Shown piece after piece: positions 8,925 through 16,955 of a DNA stretch of 28,181 bases. Location: positions 1 through 28,181 of IMG/VR virus record IMGVR_UViG_3300044580_000520. One strand, 5' to 3'. The position numbers were made by a program, and so were the translations under genes. Position 1 is the stretch's first letter; each line of letters begins with the position of its first letter. Origin of the DNA: a virus (Duplodnaviria; Caudoviricetes). The notes under the pieces were generated by a model, which was not told the origin of the DNA, made no database searches, and saw only the letters and a program-made list of their open reading frames with translations.

Positions 8925-10312
8925 CTTGCAATTAGCCTCCTTGCGATGCTTTTGAAGTAAAACCGCTGATTCGCAAACGTAAAGGACATTACTGTCTGGA
9001 CTTCGTAGTCTTCGCCTTGACACCTAATCTTGTCATGAACCCTAACTGGAAGAAACGTGTAGACCGTCAAGTAATCGTTAAGGTAATAGCCTGCTTCTAG
9101 CATCACTTGCTCGGCTTTAAGCGAAGAAACAACTGCCAGCAAATCCAAAGGTTCACCATAAGCCACAGTTACGGCGGCTTCTCGAACAGGATAAAGCGTC
9201 ACCGTTACGCCCTTGCTCTTCAGAATCTTGGTGAATTGTGTTACTGGCTCCTCGTAATGTAGAAAAAGCTCGGCTAGCCAGCAAACGGTGACTAATGCCT
9301 GCTTGTTTTCTACATAGCTGTAGTCTGTATGTTTAGCGCCCCAATACATGAATTCGGCAGCATGCTTGCCGATGACTTCTACGCTGAGTCTTAGGCTTGG
9401 CTTGTCATGGTTTTGACGTATTTTCCAAATGATCCCGCTTGTAACGGCGTCGTAGTAGTCGCATGCGCTGAATCGGCTAACTACATCTATGTAGCCTGCC
9501 CAGCAGACCGCAGGATCATAGGCTGGATACTTTGCGCTAGCCCTGATATTGTTTAGTTTGTTGTAGACTTTCTGGCAGCTTGCACTCCAGCCCTCGACCG
9601 CATACATTCCTAACAGCGCGTAGGCGAATGGGTCATCGTAAACCTCATTCTCAGTTAAGCCCACTCGGTGCCATTTGCCGTCTGCAGGGTCAAAGTCTAA
9701 CCAAAGATTCTCAAAACCATACCGGAGAAAGCCTATTGCTTTGCTCATAATACCCTGGTACACTGAAGCGTTTGGGACATCGTGTTTCTCGGCTAGCATC
9801 ATTAAGCCAATCAGCCCATAGAGGCACTCAATATCCAGTTGCAAAAGCCACGCATCGCCAATCGTAACCGCTCTTGCGAAACCGCCGTAGGCCTGCTGGT
9901 CCTGCATAGTTTTGAGAAAAGTTCCGCCAGCTAACTTAGCAGCATCCAAATATCGAGAATCATTGATGAGGTCGTAGACTCTTAACAGGGAAGGTATGAC
10001 CCTGCAGGCGTCTACACTGTAATAGTAAGTGCTATTCTCTGCGCTTTTGAAACCGCCATAAGCCTTACGTGTTGGGTCAAGACATTGCTGGGTTAGAACC
10101 CAATCGGCTAAACTTGCGATTTTGATATAGATGGCTGCGCTTCTGTCCGCAAATTGCGGGGAAGAGTAGGCTTCACATAGGAAGTCGATGGCAAAGCTAG
10201 CTGCTAAAACACCTTTTCCAAAAGCGGGGTCTGGTGTGCTGGGTGGAATAACGTAGACATAAGGGGCGTAGTCCATGATGAATTGGTAGTAGGCTTCGGG
10301 AACGGTTCCCAT
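8921..10312 (-). CDS. Alpha/alpha-toroid (glycosidase/terpene-cyclase-like) domain fused to a C-terminal head-closure (stopper)-like domain
   Basis: Repeats LADWVLTQQ..YGGF and FLKTMQDQQAYGGF, plus YLDAAKLAG. The last ~105 aa (GVTVTLY...HDKIRCQGEDYEVQTV...FKSIARR) resemble SPP1 gp16-type stoppers, and the gene sits in the stopper slot. Confidence 0.6.
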   Translation of the reverse strand: MGTVPEAYYQFIMDYAPYVYVIPPSTPDPAFGKGVLAASFAIDFLCEAYSSPQFADRSAAIYIKIASLADWVLTQQCLDPTRKAYGGFKSAENSTYYYSVDACRVIPSLLRVYDLINDSRYLDAAKLAGGTFLKTMQDQQAYGGFARAVTIGDAWLLQLDIECLYGLIGLMMLAEKHDVPNASVYQGIMSKAIGFLRYGFENLWLDFDPADGKWHRVGLTENEVYDDPFAYALLGMYAVEGWSASCQKVYNKLNNIRASAKYPAYDPAVCWAGYIDVVSRFSACDYYDAVTSGIIWKIRQNHDKPSLRLSVEVIGKHAAEFMYWGAKHTDYSYVENKQALVTVCWLAELFLHYEEPVTQFTKILKSKGVTVTLYPVREAAVTVAYGEPLDLLAVVSSLKAEQVMLEAGYYLNDYLTVYTFLPVRVHDKIRCQGEDYEVQTVMSFTFANQRFYFKSIARRLIAS

Positions 10313-10313
10313 G

Positions 10314-10664
10314 CTAAGCGTTCCCCACATAAGGTGTTTTTAGATTGGCTAGAAGCCGCTCAAACTCTACTTGCAGCACGGCTAAGCTGGGCAATGAAGA
10401 GTTGGAACTGCTCAAGTCGCCAACTGTGAAGTTTAAGCCGATTGCTGAGCCGCCAGTCAAATAGCAGACCGCGTAAATAGCTGCTAGGAGTGTGATGGCT
10501 TCTTTTTGAGCGTCAGTGCAGTTTTGGTAGTCGATATCAGCGGAGAGTTCAAGCTCTAAAGTGACCTCTGCACGCTTAATCATCTTCAGAACTTTAGCAT
10601 CAGAAATATCCGAATCCTTAACATTCAGAACATCTCTTACGTCTTCCGCTGATACGCTACCCAT
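10314..10664 (-). CDS. Head-tail adaptor (HK97 gp6 / SPP1 gp15-like)
   Basis: VSAEDVRDVL...ISDAKVLKMIKRAE helical pattern, FTVGDLS motif, directly after the portal gene. Confidence 0.75.
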   Translation of the reverse strand: MGSVSAEDVRDVLNVKDSDISDAKVLKMIKRAEVTLELELSADIDYQNCTDAQKEAITLLAAIYAVCYLTGGSAIGLNFTVGDLSSSNSSLPSLAVLQVEFERLLANLKTPYVGNA

Positions 10665-10667
10665 CGC

Positions 10668-11936
10668 CTATGCAGCTCCTGCGCTTTCTTTCGGTTTACT
10701 TGGTGCGTTTCCAGGTTGGGCGTCCCAGAGTTCCCAGCCAAACTTAACTGCATTCTTGCGGAACTCCTCACTTCGGATAAGCCCAAGTTCAGCGGCCTTG
10801 ATGAGGTCAGCTGGATTCAGTTCCGGTGTTTCGAGGCTGCCAAAATTCAACCTCACCTTAGCCTTCACAGCATCAAAACCTGATTGAGCAACCACTACAG
10901 CGAAGATTTCACGTTCCACCTGTCGCTTGACGTAGCGCTGAATTGGTTTGACAAGCATATCTTGCAAATCCAAAGCTGCATTCGCTGAGGCTTCGGTGAA
11001 GCCTGGTGTGCTAAACAGGCGTGGAAGGGGTGTTTCGCAGCCCAGATAGAACTGGTTTACCATGTGGTCAATGTAGTACTCAAAGCGTGCCCGAGGGTCG
11101 ATAGTAACAGGATCTAGCCGGGCGGGTGTTTTTCCGCTGTAGAAAAGCCACGTGCCCTCTTCACTGCGATTCTTTATCGCACTCTCAAATTGTTTGATGG
11201 TTGCATCTTTGGCATCAGGAACAGAAGCTAAGACGTCTGGGCCAGCGTATTTCTCGAATATTTTAGGCATTAGCTTCTCGATTTTAGCCTTCATCCATGC
11301 ATACGCTGGGCGTTTATCGTTCTCAATCGTGAGCGTGTGCAAAAGCACCTGTAATAAGCCTGTGCCGAAGCCTGACTGGATGTCGCCGCCTAGGCGCCAA
11401 TGGATAACTGCTTCGGGATTTAACTCGCCGCCTTTATTGTCACGGCTGAGTTCGCGATAACTGCTTTTTAGCTCGTAACCCGTGACTTTGTAGGGCAGCT
11501 TTAGGTTAGAGACACTGCTTAAGCCAATGCGTTGGACCCCGTCGATTGGGATGCGTATAGTATCATTCAATTTCTGGGGTGTCAGTCTTAGCCAAAAGTC
11601 GTTCCCACAACCGATCAGAGGCTTAGCCATTTCATTTAGCAAGCCATCGAGATTGACATCCTCGCAAAACTTATCGACGGCAGCTTTAGCTTCCGAGGCT
11701 TTCTCGTACTTTCCGTCGACTGTAGTATAGAAACCCATACCAACTGTTGAAGCAGATAGAAGATCAATGCTGCTTTTGCAGGTCGGATCTCGATCGTAGA
11801 GCTTCATAACGTCTGCAAGCGGAATGCAGGTTGTATCGAAGAATACTCGTCCTTTCGGTGAAGCGACGCCAGAAGCAGGTGCATACGTTAGGACTTCACG
11901 AATCTTGTTAATTACCTTACTCAGAACCGATTTCAC
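10668..11936 (-). CDS. Portal protein
   Basis: LYDRDPTCKSSIDLLS, LIGCGNDF, EAVIHWRL...GFGTGLL, LVKPIQRYVKRQVE and LIRSEEFRK portal motifs. Exact start uncertain. Confidence 0.88.
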   Translation of the reverse strand: MKSVLSKVINKIREVLTYAPASGVASPKGRVFFDTTCIPLADVMKLYDRDPTCKSSIDLLSASTVGMGFYTTVDGKYEKASEAKAAVDKFCEDVNLDGLLNEMAKPLIGCGNDFWLRLTPQKLNDTIRIPIDGVQRIGLSSVSNLKLPYKVTGYELKSSYRELSRDNKGGELNPEAVIHWRLGGDIQSGFGTGLLQVLLHTLTIENDKRPAYAWMKAKIEKLMPKIFEKYAGPDVLASVPDAKDATIKQFESAIKNRSEEGTWLFYSGKTPARLDPVTIDPRARFEYYIDHMVNQFYLGCETPLPRLFSTPGFTEASANAALDLQDMLVKPIQRYVKRQVEREIFAVVVAQSGFDAVKAKVRLNFGSLETPELNPADLIKAAELGLIRSEEFRKNAVKFGWELWDAQPGNAPSKPKESAGAA

Positions 11937-11956
11937 CTCAGTTTCTTCGTTTTAAC

Positions 11957-11963
11957 AAAAAAA
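11957..11963 (-). terminator. Oligo-T (T7) archaeal-type terminator/attenuator after the major capsid gene
   Basis: CATCCCCCTTTTTTTG on the - strand about 30 nt after the capsid stop. Confidence 0.45.
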
Positions 11964-11992
11964 GGGGGATGAGTTGCATGCTTAGCCAACGC

Positions 11993-12955
11993 TCAAGTTA
12001 GGGTAGTCTTTATGCTGGTCATTTTGGCAACAGCAGTGGAACGTAGGATGCCAGCACCGAATCTTGTGGTTGCACGAACGCCATACTTCCCGGTTTTTGT
12101 GTCTTCCCAATCTTCTACTGTAATGTCTCGGCGTAGAAGCATGGCAGAGGCGACTCTAGTGTCGATTGCGTAAGCCGTACCGTTTGGCACTAAAGTGCTC
12201 GCTTGTACCCTCATGCCAAGGATGCTTCCGACGCTTCCCTGTTCAATATCGGTTTCAGCACTTGGCAGATATTGTGCATGAACAAATTTGTCATCGTTGA
12301 GTAGTTGGTGTAGTTGGGTCTCGCTGATCGCTAATACCGTCGGGCGCCAATTTTCGCTTCTTACGGCATCATGTAGTTTAAGCAATCCAGTCCAGCTAAG
12401 AACAGCGTTGCCGCCATCAATTGGCGAGCCGCCTGCTAAGTCAGCATTCTCCACAGCACTATATAGAGAAATTATGTCTGTAGTCTCTTGCATACCTAAA
12501 GCTCTGCCAACTTTTTCCACCATGTTATCCATGACATTCCACGTCGCGTCTTCAAGGAACTCCCGTGTCCATTCTTCCGAGGACTCAGAAAGCACGTTAG
12601 TATAGATGTCAATGAAGGAATTCTTTTTTCCACTAAGTCTTGTTAGTGATCCTTCAGAATAGCGGTAAGCGACTGCGTCGGTATCAAGTGGGAAACGTTC
12701 TGTTGTTTCTGTGGTTGGCATAACGTTGATGATGTTTCTGCCGATTAGCTCTGGGTATGCTGCCTGTACTAGGGTGTCATGCATTCTGCCAAGGGCGCCT
12801 GTCATGTCGCTGAATAGGCCTTCTTTTATGCCCATAGCAACATAGCGTTTGAGGAATGGGTGGTCGGTTTTCTGCTTTAGTTTCTCGTAGACTTCCCGTT
12901 GGTCATTAGGTTTAGCCATCAAAGTTTCAAACAATCGCGGTTTCAATGCATTCAC
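11993..12955 (-). CDS. HK97-fold major capsid protein
   Basis: EWTREFLEDATWNVMDNMVEKVGRALG spine helix, GSILGMRVQASTLVP, RATTRFGAGILRSTAV. Start may be TTG 12946. Confidence 0.9.
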   Translation of the reverse strand: MNALKPRLFETLMAKPNDQREVYEKLKQKTDHPFLKRYVAMGIKEGLFSDMTGALGRMHDTLVQAAYPELIGRNIINVMPTTETTERFPLDTDAVAYRYSEGSLTRLSGKKNSFIDIYTNVLSESSEEWTREFLEDATWNVMDNMVEKVGRALGMQETTDIISLYSAVENADLAGGSPIDGGNAVLSWTGLLKLHDAVRSENWRPTVLAISETQLHQLLNDDKFVHAQYLPSAETDIEQGSVGSILGMRVQASTLVPNGTAYAIDTRVASAMLLRRDITVEDWEDTKTGKYGVRATTRFGAGILRSTAVAKMTSIKTTLT

Positions 12956-13380
12956 TTCTCCACGTCAATGAAAATTAAGTCGCCATCTGCTGCGGCTGAT
13001 TCTAATGCGGTTCCGAGTTTGCGATTATAGAATACGGTGTAGGTTGCTGCGCCGCCTTCGTTAACCGGTTGGTCTACGTACTGCGTTACTTTGTTGCTGC
13101 CTGCGCTGCATACGCCGTATCCTCTTGCAATGGCGCCGTTGGCTACAACTTTGACTCTGCCTTTCTTGAGCACCGGACACATAGCGCCGGCAGCAACGGA
13201 TTTGACGGCTACGCCTATGGCCATATCTCCGCCGGGGCTTGGTGATACCTTGTCATCTGAGCTTAGGTGGACTGGTGAGCCTTTGGTCACTGCTGATTCA
13301 GCCTCAAAAGATTCTATCTGGGCGTTGGGGTCGTCGGTTTCTCCTGCAGCCATCCAGGGTTTGCCTGTTTTATCAGTCAT
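12952..13380 (-). CDS. Capsid cement/decoration protein (DUF2190-like)
   Basis: FEAESAVTKGSPV, AIGVAVKSVAAG, GAIARG, LGTALESAAADGDLI; directly upstream of the major capsid gene. Confidence 0.8.
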   Translation of the reverse strand: MTDKTGKPWMAAGETDDPNAQIESFEAESAVTKGSPVHLSSDDKVSPSPGGDMAIGVAVKSVAAGAMCPVLKKGRVKVVANGAIARGYGVCSAGSNKVTQYVDQPVNEGGAATYTVFYNRKLGTALESAAADGDLIFIDVEK

Positions 13381-13464
13381 CTAATTTCAAATCAATTCGT
13401 TTTCTTGAATTTCCCAAAGTTCGTCCTTTGGTACTCTTCCTCATAGAAATGAGCAAAAGCACAG

Positions 13465-14184
13465 CTAGCCGCCTCCCTCTAGCTGTTTGACTACTCTTCG
13501 GAGTTCTTGGCACATGCGCTGAGGTCCCAAACCCCAGCTGCGCTGAATCATCGGCGAAGGCAGAACTGCCTCAACCATACCTGCAGCCTCCGAAACCGCT
13601 ATCATCTTAGGCGGATTCTTTAGCAACCCACCATCTGGGACCTGTTTGCGTAAGTCTTCAATTGTTCTTTGAGCCTCAGTCAGTTTGCCTTCAGTTTGAT
13701 TGAGCCTTTCCAAAACCTGAACATTACTTTCAGGAATACCAGGAACCGCGACTAGGCTTAACTCGGCATTATGCATGCCATGGGGAACTTTGCCATCCAC
13801 CAAATCGACCGCTTCATAGTCTGCTCCGACGCTTACGTGCTGAACGAGGCCTTTGCGGATTTTCTCGCCTGTATCCCCATCATAAATCTCTGCTTCATAC
13901 CAGAGATTGTGTCCATCCCAGTCAGTTTTAGTTACCTTGCCGACAGCGTTAGGTACGGCGACATGCTCGATGTAGACGGGTGCATTGGTCAGCTTACTTG
14001 CAAAGTTCTGCAGCTCCTCAGAGGTGTAGATGTTGAGGTTTCGACTCATGCCTGTACACATGGCCACGCCTCGAATACGCAAGGGCTTATCGGATAAAGC
14101 CTCAAGAACCTTAAAGGGTAAAATTGATGCTACATGCTCCCGAAAACGCTTACAATCCTTACAGCCAACACTACCCTGAGACAT
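13465..14184 (-). CDS. Prohead maturation protease with short C-terminal coiled-coil (scaffold-like) region
   Basis: IRGVA...SRN..IY, APVYIEH (catalytic His), HVSVG (catalytic Ser), ELSLVAVPG. Confidence 0.85.
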   Translation of the reverse strand: MSQGSVGCKDCKRFREHVASILPFKVLEALSDKPLRIRGVAMCTGMSRNLNIYTSEELQNFASKLTNAPVYIEHVAVPNAVGKVTKTDWDGHNLWYEAEIYDGDTGEKIRKGLVQHVSVGADYEAVDLVDGKVPHGMHNAELSLVAVPGIPESNVQVLERLNQTEGKLTEAQRTIEDLRKQVPDGGLLKNPPKMIAVSEAAGMVEAVLPSPMIQRSWGLGPQRMCQELRRVVKQLEGGG

Positions 14185-14216
14185 CGCTAAATCGCCACCA
14201 AACTATTCGGAGGCTA

Positions 14217-14265
14217 TGCATAAATTACTTGAGAGCCTAAACACGATCTATATCGCAAACACGAT
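14217..14265 (-). promoter_or_regulatory. Putative late (virion operon) promoter: TATA-like box with upstream repeated motif
   Basis: TTTATGCA (14224-14217) about 35 nt before ATG 14184; AAACACGAT direct repeats at 14239-14247 and 14257-14265. Confidence 0.5.
14229..14247 (+). repeat. 19-bp direct repeat, copy 1 (TTGAGAGCCTAAACACGAT)
   Basis: Identical to 18904-18922. Confidence 0.9.
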
Positions 14266-14453
14266 TGCAATAGGGCAAAATTGAAAAAGCCACATTCAGG
14301 GGTGTTTGAAGAAAATGTCAATCGACCGCATATCCCTCTTAGCATACAGACGTTTTTTAATCTAATAGGTAGGTTGTCCTTAGCGTCAAAGCCAGTTTCA
14401 AGCAAATTTATATTATGAGTTCTGTATATTTGCACAAAGAGGGCAAAGTAATC

Positions 14454-15695
14454 ATGGATCCAGTTCGCTTAGGCGTTCGAGTTACAGACATAGAAAGGGT
14501 GCTTGATCAATTCGAGTCACCAATTCTCGGAAATAACTTCAGAGCAACGCTTCCCGCAGGAAGAATCGCCAGGTTGCTAGTAGCGCTACAAGGACAAGAA
14601 ATTGTTTCGATGCCTGCACTGGAGTCTATAGCATACAAACAAGCGCATATTTCTTCCTTTGAACTAAAAAAGGCCTACTTGCCGCTTTTCGCTGAATGGG
14701 GATTCGCCAGAGTCTACGACAAGAAAATCGAGGAAACAATAACTAGCCGCACCGAGGTTCTACGTCAAGCGGGCAAGATGTGGGAAGAATCAGATCCTAA
14801 TCAGGTAGAGAAACTGGCCGTTGACCTATTTGACACCACATCCGTGTCTCCAGCGCCAAGTAGCAAAGTTCAAAAGATTCTTTCCAGCTATAACGAGTCA
14901 GTGGGGCAAAACTCACTAACCCATCTCTCTGAAAGCGGTCTTGTTGATAATTTTCAGTTCGATGACGGACAATGGTACTACTCACCGGAAATTTTTGGGG
15001 AGAACTACCCTAAGACACTAGAATACCTAAGAAGCCAGACTGAGAGTAGACAGCAAGAAATTAGATCTGTCGTTGAGAGCGTTCTTACTAATCAGGGCTT
15101 ACCTCACGATGCCCTTAAAGCAGGAACCGATGAGAAACTGATAAACCAAATGGCTGGCGCAGGTTTACTTATGGGATATCCACTCTCCATCGGCAGCAGA
15201 ACATGCCCGTTCTACTTTACCCCAGACATAAGAAATCGCTTTGATAAAGAAGGTAGAGGCGACAAGTTTGAATTAATAAAGGCAGGGATGGCACACTTCC
15301 AGTACGCTTTTAGGTTGGCAGATCAAAGCACAGGGCGACTGAAATTCGGGCCATCAGTTTTCCTAAACAGCCTGTTGGAGAAAGGAAAAGCAGGCGATGC
15401 TACCGCAATTGGTACTGATTATGACCTGCTAGTCAAGAATGGACTAGTAAAACTTGAGCCGACTACTGGGAGCAAATACCGCTTTTTATTACCAGACTCA
15501 AAGGAAAAAATCGCAGATTTAGAAGCAATCCGGGATGCCTTCGAAGAAAAATGGGTTGTGCCTCAGATGGACCTGTCAACAATGGGTATTCCATCAACCG
15601 TTATAGCGGGCGATTCTATAGTCTATAGGTCGAGTAAAGTAATGCAGGCTAAATCGTTGGCAAGAGAATTCGCTAAGGATGTCTTTAAACTATGA
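14454..15695 (+). CDS. Tandem winged-helix-like protein, candidate defence sensor/scaffold
   Basis: Four wHTH-like ends (FAEWGFARV; LSESGLVD..WYYSP; MAGAGLLM..FYFTP; LVKNGLVK..YRF). TATA box TTTATATT at 14407-14414 favours ATG 14454 over 14415. Confidence 0.55.
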   Translation: MDPVRLGVRVTDIERVLDQFESPILGNNFRATLPAGRIARLLVALQGQEIVSMPALESIAYKQAHISSFELKKAYLPLFAEWGFARVYDKKIEETITSRTEVLRQAGKMWEESDPNQVEKLAVDLFDTTSVSPAPSSKVQKILSSYNESVGQNSLTHLSESGLVDNFQFDDGQWYYSPEIFGENYPKTLEYLRSQTESRQQEIRSVVESVLTNQGLPHDALKAGTDEKLINQMAGAGLLMGYPLSIGSRTCPFYFTPDIRNRFDKEGRGDKFELIKAGMAHFQYAFRLADQSTGRLKFGPSVFLNSLLEKGKAGDATAIGTDYDLLVKNGLVKLEPTTGSKYRFLLPDSKEKIADLEAIRDAFEEKWVVPQMDLSTMGIPSTVIAGDSIVYRSSKVMQAKSLAREFAKDVFKL

Positions 15696-16801
15696 GTGCT
15701 GATCGGGGCTTTGAACTAGAGAGAAGGGCGCATCGTCTTGTTTGGTGCTTGGGCTACTTCGCTAGGAGAGACGTTCTCATTTACTCAGAAGAAAATGATC
15801 AAATAACCGATATAGACGTTATAGGCTTGAAATTTGACGATACTCTTGCACAAAGCCTTGTGATTGTGGAAACCAAGAGCGAAAAAGGATTTCCATCCAT
15901 CCTCAAGTTGAGAGGATTGATTGAATACTACTCATCAAATACTTTAGCATTAATGATACGACCGAACATAACGCCAGCGATTATTAAGTTTGCTGAACAG
16001 TTAGGAATTAGAGCAATGCACACCGCTCGGCTAGATGAGGTGGAAGAAGAATTAAAAATAAACGATAAAGCATGGTCGCCACTCTCTTTTTCGACTGATT
16101 TCGACAAACGCTATCTTGCAGCAATTAGTCTGCTCTCAAGCTCAGGGTATAAGAAGGAAACACTCTTACGGCATATTTTTTGGGTTGAAGAAAACCCTTT
16201 TCATAAACTTAAACTCATCAAAGAATCAGCGAGTAATTTGAATACCAAAGTACCAGACGTAAGCGAACGAGCGCTGAAATCTGCTCTTTCACTTTTACTG
16301 GTCGATTTTACGGCGTTATTCAGCTTAAGCCTACTACAAGTATGTAGCGTATTATATACACTGCCCCAACACCAAAGACGAGCAGTATTTATTGATAAGT
16401 TCATTTCCGGTAAATTGACTACGAAAGAGAAAAATGAAATCATAGATAAAACATATACTCTGATTTCTAAATATACAAAAAGCATCCTCAATGCGCCATC
16501 TATAGTTAGGAGAGAGGACTTTTCCTTAGTTCCTGACTATTCCGATCAGATTTATGCACTCGCTGAACGGTTGCTAAAGCGACCGCATTACTCTAAAGAC
16601 TTAGCCAGACTATTTGATGTTTACATGACATTGGTACTTTCCGACAAAAAGCCAACACTTATCGATCTTCAAGGCTTACTAAGCATGCCTAAGGATGACT
16701 TCGACTTTACTCTCAAATTCGCTAGAGATACGATTGAAGTGCTATTTAACAAAAAGATTCCTGAACTTTTTATGCCTCTAATGTTAGAGCAGCAATCGTA
16801 A
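15692..16801 (+). CDS. PD-(D/E)XK restriction-endonuclease-fold nuclease with helical C-terminal domain
   Basis: GFELE...TDIDVIG...IVETKS catalytic pattern; ATGA overlap with the upstream gene. Confidence 0.75.
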   Translation: MSADRGFELERRAHRLVWCLGYFARRDVLIYSEENDQITDIDVIGLKFDDTLAQSLVIVETKSEKGFPSILKLRGLIEYYSSNTLALMIRPNITPAIIKFAEQLGIRAMHTARLDEVEEELKINDKAWSPLSFSTDFDKRYLAAISLLSSSGYKKETLLRHIFWVEENPFHKLKLIKESASNLNTKVPDVSERALKSALSLLLVDFTALFSLSLLQVCSVLYTLPQHQRRAVFIDKFISGKLTTKEKNEIIDKTYTLISKYTKSILNAPSIVRREDFSLVPDYSDQIYALAERLLKRPHYSKDLARLFDVYMTLVLSDKKPTLIDLQGLLSMPKDDFDFTLKFARDTIEVLFNKKIPELFMPLMLEQQS

Positions 16802-16955
16802 AGCACGAATGGTAAGCAACTCTACAGGTAACAAAACATTATCTCCACTATAGAAAAGCTGATGTATGATATAACAACCAGAGGATGAATTGACGGCAAA
16901 TCTTTATTTAACAAAAGTCAGACAAAACTAAGATATCCATAAGAGAAAACGTCTG

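Noticed and set aside
3965-10312. Diversity-generating retroelement acting on tail adhesion domains
   Set aside because: No reverse transcriptase and no template/variable repeat pair seen in the window.
13395-13455. Two small hairpins (CCAAAG/CTTTGG, CTCAT/ATGAG) between the protease and cement genes, considered as a ribozyme
   Set aside because: No hammerhead core (CUGAUGA...GAAA); stems are only 5-6 bp. May be mRNA stability elements but unsupported.
164-14097. Numerous + strand ORFs of 60-135 aa within the virion operon
   Set aside because: Antisense shadows of well-supported - strand genes, with no RBS or motifs.
14213-14228. Extension of the 19-bp repeat to 35 bp against 18888-18903
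   Set aside because: Only 9/16 matches, and part of the second copy could instead be HTH codons (Leu-Ser). Only the 19-bp core is claimed.
14214-14435. 73-aa - strand ORF upstream of the protease
   Set aside because: Spans two divergent promoter regions and has no motif; probably non-coding.
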